Source of the DNA: Planctomycetota bacterium
GTDB taxonomy: Bacteria; Planctomycetota; UBA1135; GCA-002748355
DNA length: 56,449 nucleotides
Direction: 5' to 3'
NCBI GenBank assembly: GCA_024278315.1
Contig: JAJRTL010000338.1
Coordinates: 1 to 56,449, forward strand
Below the pieces are notes generated by a model. The model saw only the letters and a program-made list of their open reading frames with translations, was not told where the DNA came from and made no database searches. How positions within the stretch are numbered: position 1 is the first letter of the stretch; each line of letters opens with the position of its first letter. Below are positions 1 through 14,786 of the stretch, one piece after another. Position numbers and translations under genes: made by a program.

Positions 1-167
1 ACCAGCTCCGTGTTTGAGGCCAAGCTGGGGCCGAGAGAGTCCTGATAGATATTGCCCAAGGTCCAGGGCTCTGCCTTGTCCTCACTCCAGTCGAATCCTG
101 TTGTTGTCCAGGAGAAGTTGTGGGGCAAGGGCAGGGCTAGGGGGAGTGGCTGGGGGGAGTGGCTGGG

Positions 168-284
168 CCGGAGAGGGTCGAGACTCCCTTTGCTCCGAAC
201 TTCGCCTGGGTCAAGAGGGGAAGGGACCTTTGAACGGTGTGGCCGGCTGCAGAAGTCGCTGCAGGGAGTCCCGATCCTCTCCGG
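168..284 (+). repeat. Structured repeat module, copy A ('+' orientation): 22-bp stem around a ~73-nt conserved loop
   Basis: ccggagagggtcgagactccct (168-189) pairs with agggagtcccgatcctctccgg (263-284), with one G-T and one mismatch. The loop starts TTGCTCCGaACtTCGCCTGGGT and ends GAAGTCGCTGC. The same loop ends occur in the modules at 16265 (+) and, reverse-complemented, at 3694, 16605 and 17152. Confidence 0.7.
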
Positions 285-805
285 CTGTGGCGGGGATGAC
301 CGCCTGCGTCCGGGGGGGCGGGCGTGGCGCCGCGCGCCGCGCCGCGGTGCGCGGCTTCGCTGGGCCGTTTCCCCATCCCTGTCAGCCCCACCGACCGCGA
401 GGGTGCGATGCGAAACATCGGCCTGCGACGCAGATGTCGGTCTTCCTCTTCAGGAGGTCGGGGAGCTTCTTACCCGCCTTGGAGGTGACTGCGGCGTCGT
501 AGAGCTTGCCGTCGGCCGCGTTCTTGATCGCCCTCTGAGGGGAGGATTGCAGATAACTCAGTCACCCTCTGCGCGCAGCCACCTCCGCTCTCTGTGGCAT
601 CGCCGAGACTGGTTTCGCTTGGGCAACTGAAGCCAATCGAGCCCCTACGGAGACTTGGACTTCTTCTGGCTACAGCGTCAATCCGCGGTTGCCTGAGAGG
701 TCAGCATGCCTTCTGGGGGGCCCTTGGAGCCCGACTGCGAGCAGCCCTGGCCAAGCGCAGGCTCATGGCCTCGGTCCTGATAATTCGCCGGTCTTCGGTG
801 GGCAG

Positions 806-2248
806 TCATGCACTGACCGGATCCACATCTACCGCTTTCTGATCGATTTGAGGTGAAACAAGACCGAGTTGTCTCTCGTTTCTTTGAGCATCCAGCACAG
901 CGAATGCTGCTGATAGTTCGTCAAGAGTGCCGCAGACGATGCTGACGTAGTCGGGACAAGTGAGGTTACAGATCAGGGCTGCGGCCGGAGGCAGGTGCTC
1001 GAAGTCCTGGGTGAGGATCTTGCGACCACTACGCCGACGCTCACCGTGCTTCATGTCCCGGAAGAAGTTCTCCAGGATGTTGTTGGTTCGGTCCACGACC
1101 CTGACGCCTCCTCCGACTTCGCGGGGCAAAGAGATGACGTGCCCCCAGAGAGAGTCGCCGTGACGTTCCATGTGGTCGAGGATGAGGTCGATGGCCTCCC
1201 GCGTGTTCACGGCCGGACCGCGCTCCGGCCGACGTTGGCGCAAGGAGGCGACCCATTGGTGCAGGTCTTTGCGGATATCACACAACTGGTTGGCGGCGTC
1301 CTCTGCACTTCGCTCACAGTGAGTAGGTCGCGGGACGAGCCGCAGAGTGTCTCGCAGTTCGTCGAAGAGGTCGGCCCTTGCTCGGAGCGTAGTCGTCAGC
1401 TGGGCGGTGGGAGCATCAGAGAGGATCGGGGTGAGGATGGAAGAGAAGCGATCCAGGCTTCTGCGCAACGTCCGGTCATCGGGAAGCCGGCGAAGGAAGG
1501 CGACGGCGGCTCGATGGGCACAGGAGCAGCGATCGTATAGATCGAGATAGGGCCTATCGTAGGGAAACGACTGGTAGGTGCTGTCGACAGGGAAATCGAG
1601 TACCCACTGGGTCAGCGCTCGGATAACAGCGAGACCATCGCGTCCCTTGGGCAAGATGTGATCAGTACTCTGCTGCCAATCTTGCACTGCCTGACGTGCT
1701 TGACCGATGGAATCGCTGAGTTTGCGTCCCAAATCGCGAGCCAGAGTCCGAAGACGAGGACGGATCTTGAAACCACGGAACGCCTCGCGCAGCTTGCCAT
1801 GGCACTCCTTGAGGAGATCTTTGCCGACGTCAGCCAGGAAGTGCTGATGGCAGGCGAGCACCGGGATCGAGAGCTTCAACTCGGCGACGAGGTCATTGGC
1901 TGCCGGTATCATGGCCCTGCCCAGATCACGCATGACAGCACACGGCGCACCGAAGCGGTCAACGACCGAACGCAACCGAGGCAGAATCACTTCGGTGCGC
2001 TCGGTGGGGATCTTCCAGGAGCCCAGGCCCCATCGGCGCCACCCCGCCAGGGCCACGAGCAAGGTCCCGCGACCGTCTTCGCCGGTAGCGTCGATATGCA
2101 GGGGCCAGCCGCCATCGCTTTCGACAACGCGAGTGTCGCCGAGTTCTATCAGGAGATCGACAAGGAGCTTCGACCCGCAAAGGCTGCCATCAAGGCAAAT
2201 GCCCTGGAGTTTGGTCGCGTTCTGCGTCAGTCGGCGATGGCGCTCCAT
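806..2248 (-). CDS. IS-like DDE-type transposase, family unresolved
   Basis: 480-aa ORF containing HIDATGEDG, VMRDLGRAMI, LACHQHFLADVGKDLL and RTNNILENFFRDMKHGERRRSGRK. These match the D / D / H / TNNxxE...K..R pattern seen in several DDE transposase families. It lies between the inverted repeat modules. Confidence 0.55.
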   Translation of the reverse strand: MERHRRLTQNATKLQGICLDGSLCGSKLLVDLLIELGDTRVVESDGGWPLHIDATGEDGRGTLLVALAGWRRWGLGSWKIPTERTEVILPRLRSVVDRFGAPCAVMRDLGRAMIPAANDLVAELKLSIPVLACHQHFLADVGKDLLKECHGKLREAFRGFKIRPRLRTLARDLGRKLSDSIGQARQAVQDWQQSTDHILPKGRDGLAVIRALTQWVLDFPVDSTYQSFPYDRPYLDLYDRCSCAHRAAVAFLRRLPDDRTLRRSLDRFSSILTPILSDAPTAQLTTTLRARADLFDELRDTLRLVPRPTHCERSAEDAANQLCDIRKDLHQWVASLRQRRPERGPAVNTREAIDLILDHMERHGDSLWGHVISLPREVGGGVRVVDRTNNILENFFRDMKHGERRRSGRKILTQDFEHLPPAAALICNLTCPDYVSIVCGTLDELSAAFAVLDAQRNERQLGLVSPQIDQKAVDVDPVSA

Positions 2249-2472
2249 AAGCAGAAGATTGCGTCGCCCAGGCGCACGTCAGATGCCGGGCCCTATGAGG
2301 TGTACAGTATCTCAACCAGTCGGGCCGACTACGAGTACTTCATCTACTACTCCGACGTCCCAAAGCTCGTTGAGATCCGGAAAAGGTCTGAGCTCATTGC
2401 TTCTGAGTTCGAGAAGTTCGTGGTTTCCAGATCCCCAGCCTGGAGACAGTTCATCAATGACAGGAGGAAGAG

Positions 2473-2817
2473 ATGATAGTATCCATGAAATGGGCGCTTC
2501 CCATGCTGGCCCTGCTCTTGCCGGGCTTTCACAGGGCTCCGCCCGCTCCCGTAGACACGTCCGCACCTGCGACGCACGCCATCGCCATCCCTCTGGCTAT
2601 TGTTGCGGGACAGGCTCTCGATCTGGTCTATCCATGGCGTCCTGATTGGCTGCAACCGCCAACGCTGGTCACTTGCCAGAAGTGCAAGCGCGACCCGGTC
2701 TCTGGAACGACTCCGACTATCAACTGGGGCGTTTGGACTACTACTCCAGCCTTCGTCACAGGTGAAGGCTGGACGATTGGTCACAACTTTACAGGAGGCA
2801 CAGACGGCCAGTGCTAG
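2473..2817 (+). CDS. Secreted Cys-containing hypothetical protein; the frame stays open past TAG 2815-2817 as far as 3111
   Basis: Strong SD (AGGAGGAAGAG) directly before ATG 2473. Signal-peptide-like N-terminus MKWALPMLALLLPGF. The local GC content looks lower than the surrounding sequence. The downstream ORF 2926-3111 is in the same frame, with no start codon between the TAG and 2926. Confidence 0.4.
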   Translation: MIVSMKWALPMLALLLPGFHRAPPAPVDTSAPATHAIAIPLAIVAGQALDLVYPWRPDWLQPPTLVTCQKCKRDPVSGTTPTINWGVWTTTPAFVTGEGWTIGHNFTGGTDGQC

Positions 2818-3693
2818 AGTTCAGGTTGTTCGGCATATGATTGCAAGTGGGAGGGGCAGATCACTCTCACCAACTCAGGAAGCATTTCGTGGACTCAGGC
2901 CAAGATCGAGCTGGATGGCGCGGTCATGGATGAGTGGTCCAATATTGGACCCAACGAAGAGAAGACGTGGACCTTCGACGCAAACAACCCAATCATCATC
3001 GACTGCAAGGACACAGGAACCAAGGAGACCAAGACCCTGAAGGTCCGAGTTCTTGTGAACACCTTCTGGCACGAGCGAACTGCAACTCTTGGTTGTCTGC
3101 AGTGTAGCTAGCCCTCCTTCCGATCCTCCAGGATCTGGACATCCACACGAAGCGCTGGGTCCGGACCGTGGAGAAGTACGGCAGTCTCTTCCACCGTCTG
3201 GTCGCGCGAACCGAAGACATGGCCCAGGCAGCTGCCGCCGCAGGGCGCAAGTGGTTTCACGGCGTGCGTACCTGCAGGGAGCTCTACGCGAGCGAGGTCC
3301 AGGGCACCTGAGCCCTCGGCCGAAACCTGGCTCCTGACTCGCGCCCACGAGGCCAACCCGTATCCAGGAATGACCTGCCCCTGACACCCAGGGTCTGCGC
3401 GCGAGGGTCCGGCGTGGACGCGGCCCGCTTCGTGAGCCCGCCACGGCGTGACTGATAGGCCCTCTCCACGTCGCAGAGCCAATGTCCCTGCGAGACTTGG
3501 CCAGATGCGAGATCCAAGGGATGCCATCCCCATCCTTCCGGGCCTTCACCGCCTTGCTCGCCAATCGATGCGTGTCCCTGTCCACGCCGCCCGCGGCCGT
3601 ACGCAGCCGTGCGCAGCGTCGCTCGGCCATTTCCCCACCCCCTCCCCCCGGCCACGCAGCCCACCCAGCCACTTCCACTACGGTGCGGCCCCA

Positions 3694-3814
3694 GGCCGGG
3701 GAGGATGGGGAGCCCCTGAAGCGACTTCCGCAGCCGACCTAGACCGTCCGAAGGTCCCCAACCCGCCCACCCAGGCGGAGTACGGAGCAAAGGGGCTCCC
3801 CATCCTCCCCGGCC
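3694..3814 (-). repeat. Structured repeat module, copy B (reverse orientation)
   Basis: ggccggggaggatggggagcccct (3694-3717) is a perfect 24-bp complement of aggggctccccatcctccccggcc (3791-3814). The loop is the reverse complement of the conserved loop (GAAGCGACTTCCGCAGCC...CGCCCACCCAGGCGGAGTACGGAGCA). It is followed by an A/C-rich tract with a CAACCCA x3 repeat. Confidence 0.7.
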
Positions 3815-3948
3815 CCACTACCCATCAACGACTCCACACAACCCACAACCCACAACCCACAAGCGCCCCCCAACGAAACAGGCGCCGTCCCCCTACTGGC
3901 CCTCAGCCAGCAGAAGAACGACGCCCGTCGCCCCCAATCGCTTGGTAT

Positions 3949-4419
3949 CTACCAGGCGAAGTGGCTGTACGCCTTGTTGGCATCGGCCATCTTGTGCACA
4001 TTCTCCTTCTTGGTCACCGCGGCGCCCTGGTTGTTGTAGGCGTCCAGCATCTCGTTGGCGAGGCGCAGGGCCATGGGCTTGCCGCGCTTGCCACGCACAG
4101 CGTCCAGGAGCCAGCGGATGGCCAGGCTCTGCTGACGGCGGGGCTTGACCTCCATGGGCACCTGATAGGTGGCACCACCGACGCGCTTGCTGCGCACCTC
4201 GATGCGCGGGCGGATGTTGTCGATGGCCTGCACGAAGATCTCGGAACCATCGACACCCAGCTTCTGCGCGCAGGAATCGACGGCCTCGTAGAAGATGCGC
4301 TCGGCGGTCGACTTCTTCCCGTCCCACATGATCTTGTTGATGATCTTGGTCGCGAGCATCGAGTCGAAGCGCGGGTCAGGAGAGAGGTGGACTTCGGTGG
4401 ACTTGTAGTTGCGGGGCAT
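3949..4419 (-). CDS. rpsG: 30S ribosomal protein S7
   Basis: 156-aa ORF MPRNYKSTEV...RVGGATYQVPMEV...AYSHFAW, the typical S7 sequence. It lies directly downstream of rpsL. Confidence 0.97.
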   Translation of the reverse strand: MPRNYKSTEVHLSPDPRFDSMLATKIINKIMWDGKKSTAERIFYEAVDSCAQKLGVDGSEIFVQAIDNIRPRIEVRSKRVGGATYQVPMEVKPRRQQSLAIRWLLDAVRGKRGKPMALRLANEMLDAYNNQGAAVTKKENVHKMADANKAYSHFAW

Positions 4420-4511
4420 CTGAGCTCCAGACGTCGGGAATCAGCGTGGTTTTCGGTTGGGATCGATTGCCAAAGCCCACATCCTGGCGGACTCCAGCAG
4501 AAGCGGGCTGT

Positions 4512-4886
4512 CTAGCCCTTGGGGCGCTTGGCGCCGTACTTGGACCGGCTCTGGAGCCTGTCGTCGACACCGGAGGCATCCAGCGTGCCCCGGATCACGT
4601 GATAGCGCACACCAGGAAGGTCACGGACACGACCACCACGGACCAGCACGATCGAGTGCTCCTGGAGGTTGTGGCCTTCGCCTGGGATGTACACGGTCAC
4701 TTCCTTGCCATTGGAGAGACGCACACGAGCCACACGCCGCAAAGCCGAGTTCGGCTTCTTGGGTGTCATCGTCTTGACCTGGGTGCAGACCCCCTGCTTC
4801 TGGGGGCACTGGTCCAGAACAGGAGACTTGCTCTTCTTCTTGACCTTCTTGCGGCCCTTGCGGACCAGCTGATTGATCGTTGGCAT
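4512..4886 (-). CDS. rpsL: 30S ribosomal protein S12
   Basis: 124-aa [15 protein letters not shown]...[18 protein letters not shown]...[13 protein letters not shown], the canonical S12 sequence. Confidence 0.98.
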   Translation of the reverse strand: MPTINQLVRKGRKKVKKKSKSPVLDQCPQKQGVCTQVKTMTPKKPNSALRRVARVRLSNGKEVTVYIPGEGHNLQEHSIVLVRGGRVRDLPGVRYHVIRGTLDASGVDDRLQSRSKYGAKRPKG

Positions 4887-5093
4887 TGGCTGAATGCTCC
4901 ACTCATGAGCCGAAGCTCACGAAGTCCCTTCTGGGGGTTGGTTTCGTTGGTTTGGGGCGAAAAGTATAAGGAACTCCTCACCCGTTTCAAGCCCGTCCCG
5001 TCCCCTTTCGGGGCCAGTTGGGCATCGAACAGGGACCCCCTCCGAGGAGCGGGTGGCCCTGTATCCATCTTCTCTCTATCAAGCTTTTCTGTA

Positions 5094-9299
<4,206 letters not shown>

Positions 9300-9405
9300 C
9301 TTTTCCTTCCTTATTCCGCGACTGCGGAAACCTGCCCGCAACTGCGGGAAACCTGTCCGCCGAAGCGGAGAATCGGATCCAGATCAATGCGTTGTAACTG
9401 TTTGC

Positions 9406-12400
9406 TTATGCAAGAAGCTCTTGCGCGCTGCCCCTGCGGTGCAGCTCGATATCGAGCCCGAGGCCTCTCAGCTCATGGCAGAGGACTCCGAACGAGACCG
9501 GGGTGCCGGGCTCGAGGATGTTCTCGCCCTTGACCATGGCCTCATAGATCTTGGTGCGTCCGTCGACGTCGTCGGACTTCACCGTCAGCAGCTCCTGGAG
9601 GATGGAGGCAGCGCCGTAGGCCTCAAGTGCCCAGACTTCCATCTCACCGAAGCGCTGACCGCCGAAGCGAGCCTTGCCGCCGAGCGGCTGCTGCGTGATG
9701 AGGGAGTAGGGACCCGTGGCACGGGCGTGAACCTTGTCATCGACGAGGTGATGTAGCTTGAGCATGTAGAGATAGCCCACGGTCACCTTCTGCTCGAAGG
9801 GCTCACCGGTGCGTCCATCGTGCAACACGCTCTTGCCGTCGGTCGGCAGGTTGGCACGCCGCAAGGCATCCTCGATCTCGGCCTCGCTGGCCCCATCGAA
9901 GACGGGCGTCACGGCCCGGAAGCCGAGCTTCTTCGCCGCGAAACCCAGGTGGGTCTCGAGGATCTGCCCCACGTTCATGCGCGAGGGCACGCCCAGCGGG
10001 TTCAAGACGATGTCGACAGGCGTTCCGTCTTCGAGGAAGGGCATGTCCTCCTCGGGGAGGATCATCGAGATCACACCCTTGTTGCCGTGACGGCCGGCCA
10101 TCTTGTCCCCCACCGAGATCCGGCGCTTGGAGGCCACGTAGACCTTGACCATCTCGAGGACCCCGGTCGGCAGCTCGTCACCACGCGAAAGCCGGTTGAC
10201 CTTCTTGTTGCGGTCGGCTTCACGCGACTTGATGCGGTCGGAGTATTCCTTGAGCAGGTCCTCGCAGCGCGTGACCAGGCTCTTCTTGCCGGTCTCGTTG
10301 GCCGCATGAAGGATGTGGTCGCGCACCTTCTTGAGATCGGCATACATGACCGTCTCAGGGATGGCCACGGCTTCGCCGCTCTCCGGATCCACGACGTCGG
10401 CCCCGAGGATGCCATTGGCCTCCTCGAGCATGGAGCGTGTGGAGTCCCGGAACTGGACCATGAAGTCCATCTCGGCCTGCTTGATCTCCTGGAGGTTGGC
10501 GTCGCGCTCCGCCTCTGTGAGATTGACCTTGCGGGAGAACTTCTGCGCGTCGATGACGATGCCTTCGACACCGGTTCCGACCTCGAGCGAGGAGTTCTTC
10601 ACATCTTCGCCCGCACGGCCGAAGATGGCGTGCAGCAGTTTCTCCTCGGGAGTCAGCTCGCTCTTGCTCTTGGGCGCCACCTTCCCGACAAGGATATCCC
10701 CCGCATGCACCCGTGTGCCGACGTGGACGATGCCGCTATCGTCGAGATGGGCCAGGGCCTTCTCAGAGACGTTGGGGATGTCGCGAGTGAACTCCTCGCG
10801 CCCCAGCTTGGTTTCCCGGATCTCGATCTCGAACTCGTCGATGTGGATCGATGTGTAGACATCATCCTTGACCAGGCGCTCGCTGAGCAGGATGGCGTCC
10901 TCGAAGTTGTAGCCATCCCAGGTCATGAAGGCGACGAGAAGGTTCTTGCCCAGTGACAGGACGCCGTTGTCCGTGGAAGGACCGTCGGCGATGACCTGCT
11001 TGGCCAGGACCTTGTCTCCTTCCTTGACGATCGGGACCTGGTTGAGACAGGTCTTCTCGTTCAGGCGACGATACTTGCGCAGCTCGTAGATCTCGTCTCC
11101 GACGACAATCTTGGTGGCGTCGGCGAACTTGACCACGCCGTCGCGCTTGGCGCGAACGACCATGCCCGAATTCTGGGCGACGAGATCCTCCATGCCAGTG
11201 CCGACGAGCGGAAGCTCCGACTCCAGCAGGGGCACGGCCTGGCGCTGCATGTTGGAGCCCATGAGCGCACGGTTGGCGTCGTCATGCTCCAGGAAGGGGA
11301 TGAGGCTTGCCGAGACACCCACGATCTCCATCGGAGACACGTCCATGTACTGGACATCCTTCTTGAGGACCTCGTAGGGCTCTCCGCCGATGCGACCGAG
11401 TACCTTGTCATGGATGATGACGCCCTTGGCGTCGCATTCGACATCGGCAGGTATCAGCGTAGCCGCGTCCTCCTGATCGGCTCGGAGCCAGGCTACCTCA
11501 TCGGTCACCCGGCCAGCCTTGACCTTTCGGTAGGGTGCGCGGAGGAAGCCGTACTCGTCGACGGTGCCGAAGATCGCAAGGCTACTGATCAGACCGATGT
11601 TGGTGCCTTCCGGCGTCTCGATCGGACAGAGTCTTCCGTAGTGGGAGGTGTGGACGTCGCGGACTTCGAAGCCTGCGCGCTTCCGGTTGAGCCCGCCTGG
11701 GCCAAGAGCCGACAGACGACGCTCGTGCGCCAACTGCGAAAGCGGATTGGTCTGGTCGACGACCTGACTCAGCTCACCACGAGCAAAGAAGTAGTCGATG
11801 GCGGAGGAGAAGGTCTTGGCGTTGATCAGGTTGCGCGGGGTGATGCCCTCGCCGCCCTCACTGTTGTCCAGGCTCATCCGCTCCTGTGCCGTCCGGCGCA
11901 GCTTGAGCAGGCCCTTGCGAAACTCCTCGCCGGCCAGCTCCATGATGGTGCGCACACGGCGGTTGCCAAGATGGTCGATGTCATCGAGTCCACCCTCTCC
12001 GGCCCTGAGCGTCAGCAGGTACTGCGTCGCATTGACGAAGTCCGTGGGCTGCAGGGTCATCTGGTCCTCGTCGATCTTCTGCCCGAACTTGCGGTTCAGA
12101 CGGAAACGGCCGACGCGGCCCAAACGGTAGCGACTCGAGTCGAAGAACTTCTCGTTGAAGAGTGCGCTCGCCTTCTCCTGGTTCGGCGGGTTGCCAGGAC
12201 GCAGGCGCTGGTAGATCTTGAGGAGAGCCTCCTCGTGCGAAGTCGTCATGTCTTCGCGCAGCGAGTTCAAGATCAGCAGATCCTCGGGCTCGCGGATGAC
12301 CTCGACCTGTGCGATTTCCTCATCGGCGATGTGGGCCGCAGCCTCCTCGGTGATGATGTCGCCCGAGGCGACGAGTGCCTCGCCAGTCGAGAGGTTGACA

Positions 12401-13122
12401 ATGTCCCCCACCGCATAGCAGCCCTCGAGCCGCTGGGCAAAGCGTCCGGCCGGCTCCGACTTGCGGCGCTTCACGACCTCGACGTGCTTGGGGTAGAAGA
12501 GGCGGAGGATATCCCGATCGGTCGAGAACTCCGGCCCCATGGCCCGCAGGAGCGTCATGGCCGAGAACTTTCCCGACTGGTCGATGCGGACCTGGACGGT
12601 CTCCTTCTTGCCCACGGAGACTTCGATCCAGCTTCCACGCTCGGGAATGATCCAGCAGCTGTGCAGCTTGCGGTCGCCGGTGATGACCTCGACCGAGAAG
12701 TCGACGCCCGGCGAACGGTGCAGCTGGGAGACGATGACGCGCTCCGAGCCGTTGACGATGAATTCACCGCCACCGATCATGACCGGGATCTCTCCCAGGT
12801 AGACCTCTTCTTCGACCGTATGCCCGCCCACGAAGCGAACACGGATCTTGAAGGGGAAACCGAAGGTCAGACGCAGCTTCCGGCATTCATCCGGATCGTA
12901 GCGCGGCTGACTCAGCTCATAGTCGACGAACTCGAGCCGCATGCTCTTGTCGTACGACTCGATCGGGAAGATCTCTGCGAGCAAGGCCTGCAGGCCGATG
13001 TCGGCCCGCTTCTGCGGTGGCAAGTCGAGCTGCAGGAAATCCTCGTAGGATTTCGTCTGTAGCTCAACGAGGTTGGGGACATCGATGACGGGCTTGTTCC
13101 GACCGTACCGGACAGTTTCCAT
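9406..13122 (-). CDS. rpoB: DNA-directed RNA polymerase subunit beta
   Basis: Typical beta-subunit motifs ([33 protein letters not shown]). The start is set at [10 protein letters not shown] (ATG 13122), which is preceded by GAGGA. Confidence 0.97.
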   Translation of the reverse strand: METVRYGRNKPVIDVPNLVELQTKSYEDFLQLDLPPQKRADIGLQALLAEIFPIESYDKSMRLEFVDYELSQPRYDPDECRKLRLTFGFPFKIRVRFVGGHTVEEEVYLGEIPVMIGGGEFIVNGSERVIVSQLHRSPGVDFSVEVITGDRKLHSCWIIPERGSWIEVSVGKKETVQVRIDQSGKFSAMTLLRAMGPEFSTDRDILRLFYPKHVEVVKRRKSEPAGRFAQRLEGCYAVGDIVNLSTGEALVASGDIITEEAAAHIADEEIAQVEVIREPEDLLILNSLREDMTTSHEEALLKIYQRLRPGNPPNQEKASALFNEKFFDSSRYRLGRVGRFRLNRKFGQKIDEDQMTLQPTDFVNATQYLLTLRAGEGGLDDIDHLGNRRVRTIMELAGEEFRKGLLKLRRTAQERMSLDNSEGGEGITPRNLINAKTFSSAIDYFFARGELSQVVDQTNPLSQLAHERRLSALGPGGLNRKRAGFEVRDVHTSHYGRLCPIETPEGTNIGLISSLAIFGTVDEYGFLRAPYRKVKAGRVTDEVAWLRADQEDAATLIPADVECDAKGVIIHDKVLGRIGGEPYEVLKKDVQYMDVSPMEIVGVSASLIPFLEHDDANRALMGSNMQRQAVPLLESELPLVGTGMEDLVAQNSGMVVRAKRDGVVKFADATKIVVGDEIYELRKYRRLNEKTCLNQVPIVKEGDKVLAKQVIADGPSTDNGVLSLGKNLLVAFMTWDGYNFEDAILLSERLVKDDVYTSIHIDEFEIEIRETKLGREEFTRDIPNVSEKALAHLDDSGIVHVGTRVHAGDILVGKVAPKSKSELTPEEKLLHAIFGRAGEDVKNSSLEVGTGVEGIVIDAQKFSRKVNLTEAERDANLQEIKQAEMDFMVQFRDSTRSMLEEANGILGADVVDPESGEAVAIPETVMYADLKKVRDHILHAANETGKKSLVTRCEDLLKEYSDRIKSREADRNKKVNRLSRGDELPTGVLEMVKVYVASKRRISVGDKMAGRHGNKGVISMILPEEDMPFLEDGTPVDIVLNPLGVPSRMNVGQILETHLGFAAKKLGFRAVTPVFDGASEAEIEDALRRANLPTDGKSVLHDGRTGEPFEQKVTVGYLYMLKLHHLVDDKVHARATGPYSLITQQPLGGKARFGGQRFGEMEVWALEAYGAASILQELLTVKSDDVDGRTKIYEAMVKGENILEPGTPVSFGVLCHELRGLGLDIELHRRGSAQELLA

Positions 13123-13615
13123 ACTGGATCCTCGAGGATCAGACGCGACTCCCGCAAGGGAGACCAAGTGGCGGAGACCTGTGATGCAGGGACCTGCGAC
13201 CGGAGGACTCGAGGTCCAGAACCGGGAACAGGGGAGCCGCGACAACAGCGCGGCTCATTCTGGCGGTGGGCATAGTTCGAGTGCGCACCGGGTTCCCATC
13301 ACTCGGAAGCGAGGATCCCGGATTACTGCAACTGTTCGTGGAGGAGAGCTCTTCGAACAAGAGCGGTGCAGCCTCGAGAGGAATGGTGAGAAGGTCCAGA
13401 AGGGTGGATGCTCGCCCAGGATTGCTCCACGGCTGCCTGCCTCCACCCCCGAATTAGCCAGGAGATCCTAACCGATGCCGCAGGCAATGAAACCTACAGT
13501 ACATGGAATCTTCACAGGCTGGCATAAGCATTGCTGGGCCCATCCGATTCCCGATGCTGGCCAGAACCAGCACCGATATCCGGTAAGATCGGACCCCGGG
13601 GGGCCCCGGGTCGAA

Positions 13616-14014
13616 CTACTTGAGCTCGACTTCGGCGCCGGCGTCCACCAGCTTCTTCTGGATCTCTTCGGCCTCTTCCTTGCTCACGCCTTCCTTGACG
13701 GCCTTGGGGGCCTCGTCGACGAGACCCTTGGCTTCCTTCAGACCCAGCGAGGTGATCTCGCGGACGGCCTTGATGACCTGGATCTTCTGGCCGCCGGGGG
13801 CCTTCAGGATGACGTCGAACTCGGTCTGCTCCTCTACCTCTTCGGCAGCAGGACCAGCAGCGACAGCGACAGCAGCAGGAGCGGCAGCAGAAACGTTCCA
13901 GCGCTCCTCGATTGCCTTGACGAGCTGGGCAGCCTTGCCCAGAGAGAGGGCGTCGAGCTGCTCGAAGATCTTCTCGAGGTCGGCGTCCAGCGTAACAGTG
14001 GTCTCTTCAGACAT
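13616..14014 (-). CDS. rplL: 50S ribosomal protein L7/L12
   Basis: Ala-rich hinge plus [24 protein letters not shown]...AGAEVELK. The start MSEETT is preceded by GGAGG. Confidence 0.96.
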   Translation of the reverse strand: MSEETTVTLDADLEKIFEQLDALSLGKAAQLVKAIEERWNVSAAAPAAVAVAAGPAAEEVEEQTEFDVILKAPGGQKIQVIKAVREITSLGLKEAKGLVDEAPKAVKEGVSKEEAEEIQKKLVDAGAEVELK

Positions 14015-14141
14015 GGTAATGACCTCCACGGCCTAGTAGTTTCGAATTCCTGGTGATGGTTAAATACGGGCAGGAGCGGATTCCTCAGTGGTTCCCGGTC
14101 CCTGCCGTGTTCCTTGTAGTTTCTTGCGGGAGAAGCGAGAG

Positions 14142-14786
14142 CTACTCCCCCCCTCCTGTGCCTTCCGTGGAGGGCGCCTCTTCAGTGCCCGCAGCAGCAG
14201 CTTCGGAGCTTTCCGCCTCTGGCGCACTTGCGGCAGCCTCAGCGCTTTCAGCGCCGCCTGCATCCGGAGCTTCCGCACCGTCAGCATGCTGGTCGAGGCA
14301 ACGAGCGAGACCACTCTGCACACCCGAGAGCACCATCGCGAGTCCACGCGCGGGGGCGCTGATGGCGATCGCAATCTGCGCACGCACAGTGTCCTTGTCG
14401 GGCATGTCCGCGATCGTGGCGGCCGCTGTCGTGGGGATGACCTCCCCTTCGACGATCCCACCCAGAACCTCGAGGGTCGCACTCTTGTTGGCCTTGGCGA
14501 AGTCCCGCACCAGCTTGGCAGCCGTGATGGCCTTCTCTTCGGGAGCAAAGGCGATCCCACACTTGCCGCGGATGTCCTCGACCTCGTAGCCAGCCTCTTT
14601 CAAGGCCTTCTTGGCGATCCGGTTGCGCACGACGCGCATCGAGATGCCCTCCTCGCGGAACTGATTGCGCAGTTGCGAGACCTGGGCCACGGTGAGCTTG
14701 TCGAAGGTCAGGACCACGCAGGATCCCATGCCCTCGATGTCTTTGCCGTACTCGGCAAACGCATGACGAACGACGATGTTAGGCAT
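14142..14786 (-). CDS. rplJ: 50S ribosomal protein L10, with an acidic/Ala-rich C-terminal extension
   Basis: L10-like N-terminal part (TVAQVSQLRNQFREEGISMRVVRNRIAKKAL). The ATG overlaps the rplA stop by 8 nt and is preceded by AGAGGA. Confidence 0.9.
   Translation of the reverse strand: MPNIVVRHAFAEYGKDIEGMGSCVVLTFDKLTVAQVSQLRNQFREEGISMRVVRNRIAKKALKEAGYEVEDIRGKCGIAFAPEEKAITAAKLVRDFAKANKSATLEVLGGIVEGEVIPTTAAATIADMPDKDTVRAQIAIAISAPARGLAMVLSGVQSGLARCLDQHADGAEAPDAGGAESAEAAASAPEAESSEAAAAGTEEAPSTEGTGGGE

Larger units (their letters stand above)
168..3814. mobile_element. Putative autonomous IS-like element bounded by two inverted structured modules; carries a transposase and low-GC cargo ORFs
   Basis: Module A (168-284, +) and module B (3694-3814, reverse orientation) flank the transposase ORF 806-2248. 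The sub-terminal G/C-rich tracts next to both modules resemble the interior of the short copies at 16265-17275. Exact ends and target-site duplications could not be determined. Confidence 0.4.

Noticed and set aside
400-560. Minus-strand peptide ...SPQRAIKNAADGKLYDAAVTSKAGKKLPDLLKRKTDI that looks protein-like (possible 3' remnant of a gene truncated by the repeat element)
   Set aside because: It is under 60 codons, preceded by an in-frame TGA, and has no start codon or recognisable family. I cannot support it as a feature.
3108-3533. Minus-strand ORF (141 aa) ending ...VEETAVLLHGPDPALRVDVQILEDRKEG, a possible gene fragment next to module B
   Set aside because: Its N-terminal two-thirds run through repeat-associated G/C-rich sequence. 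Only the last ~50 residues look protein-like, and no family is recognisable.
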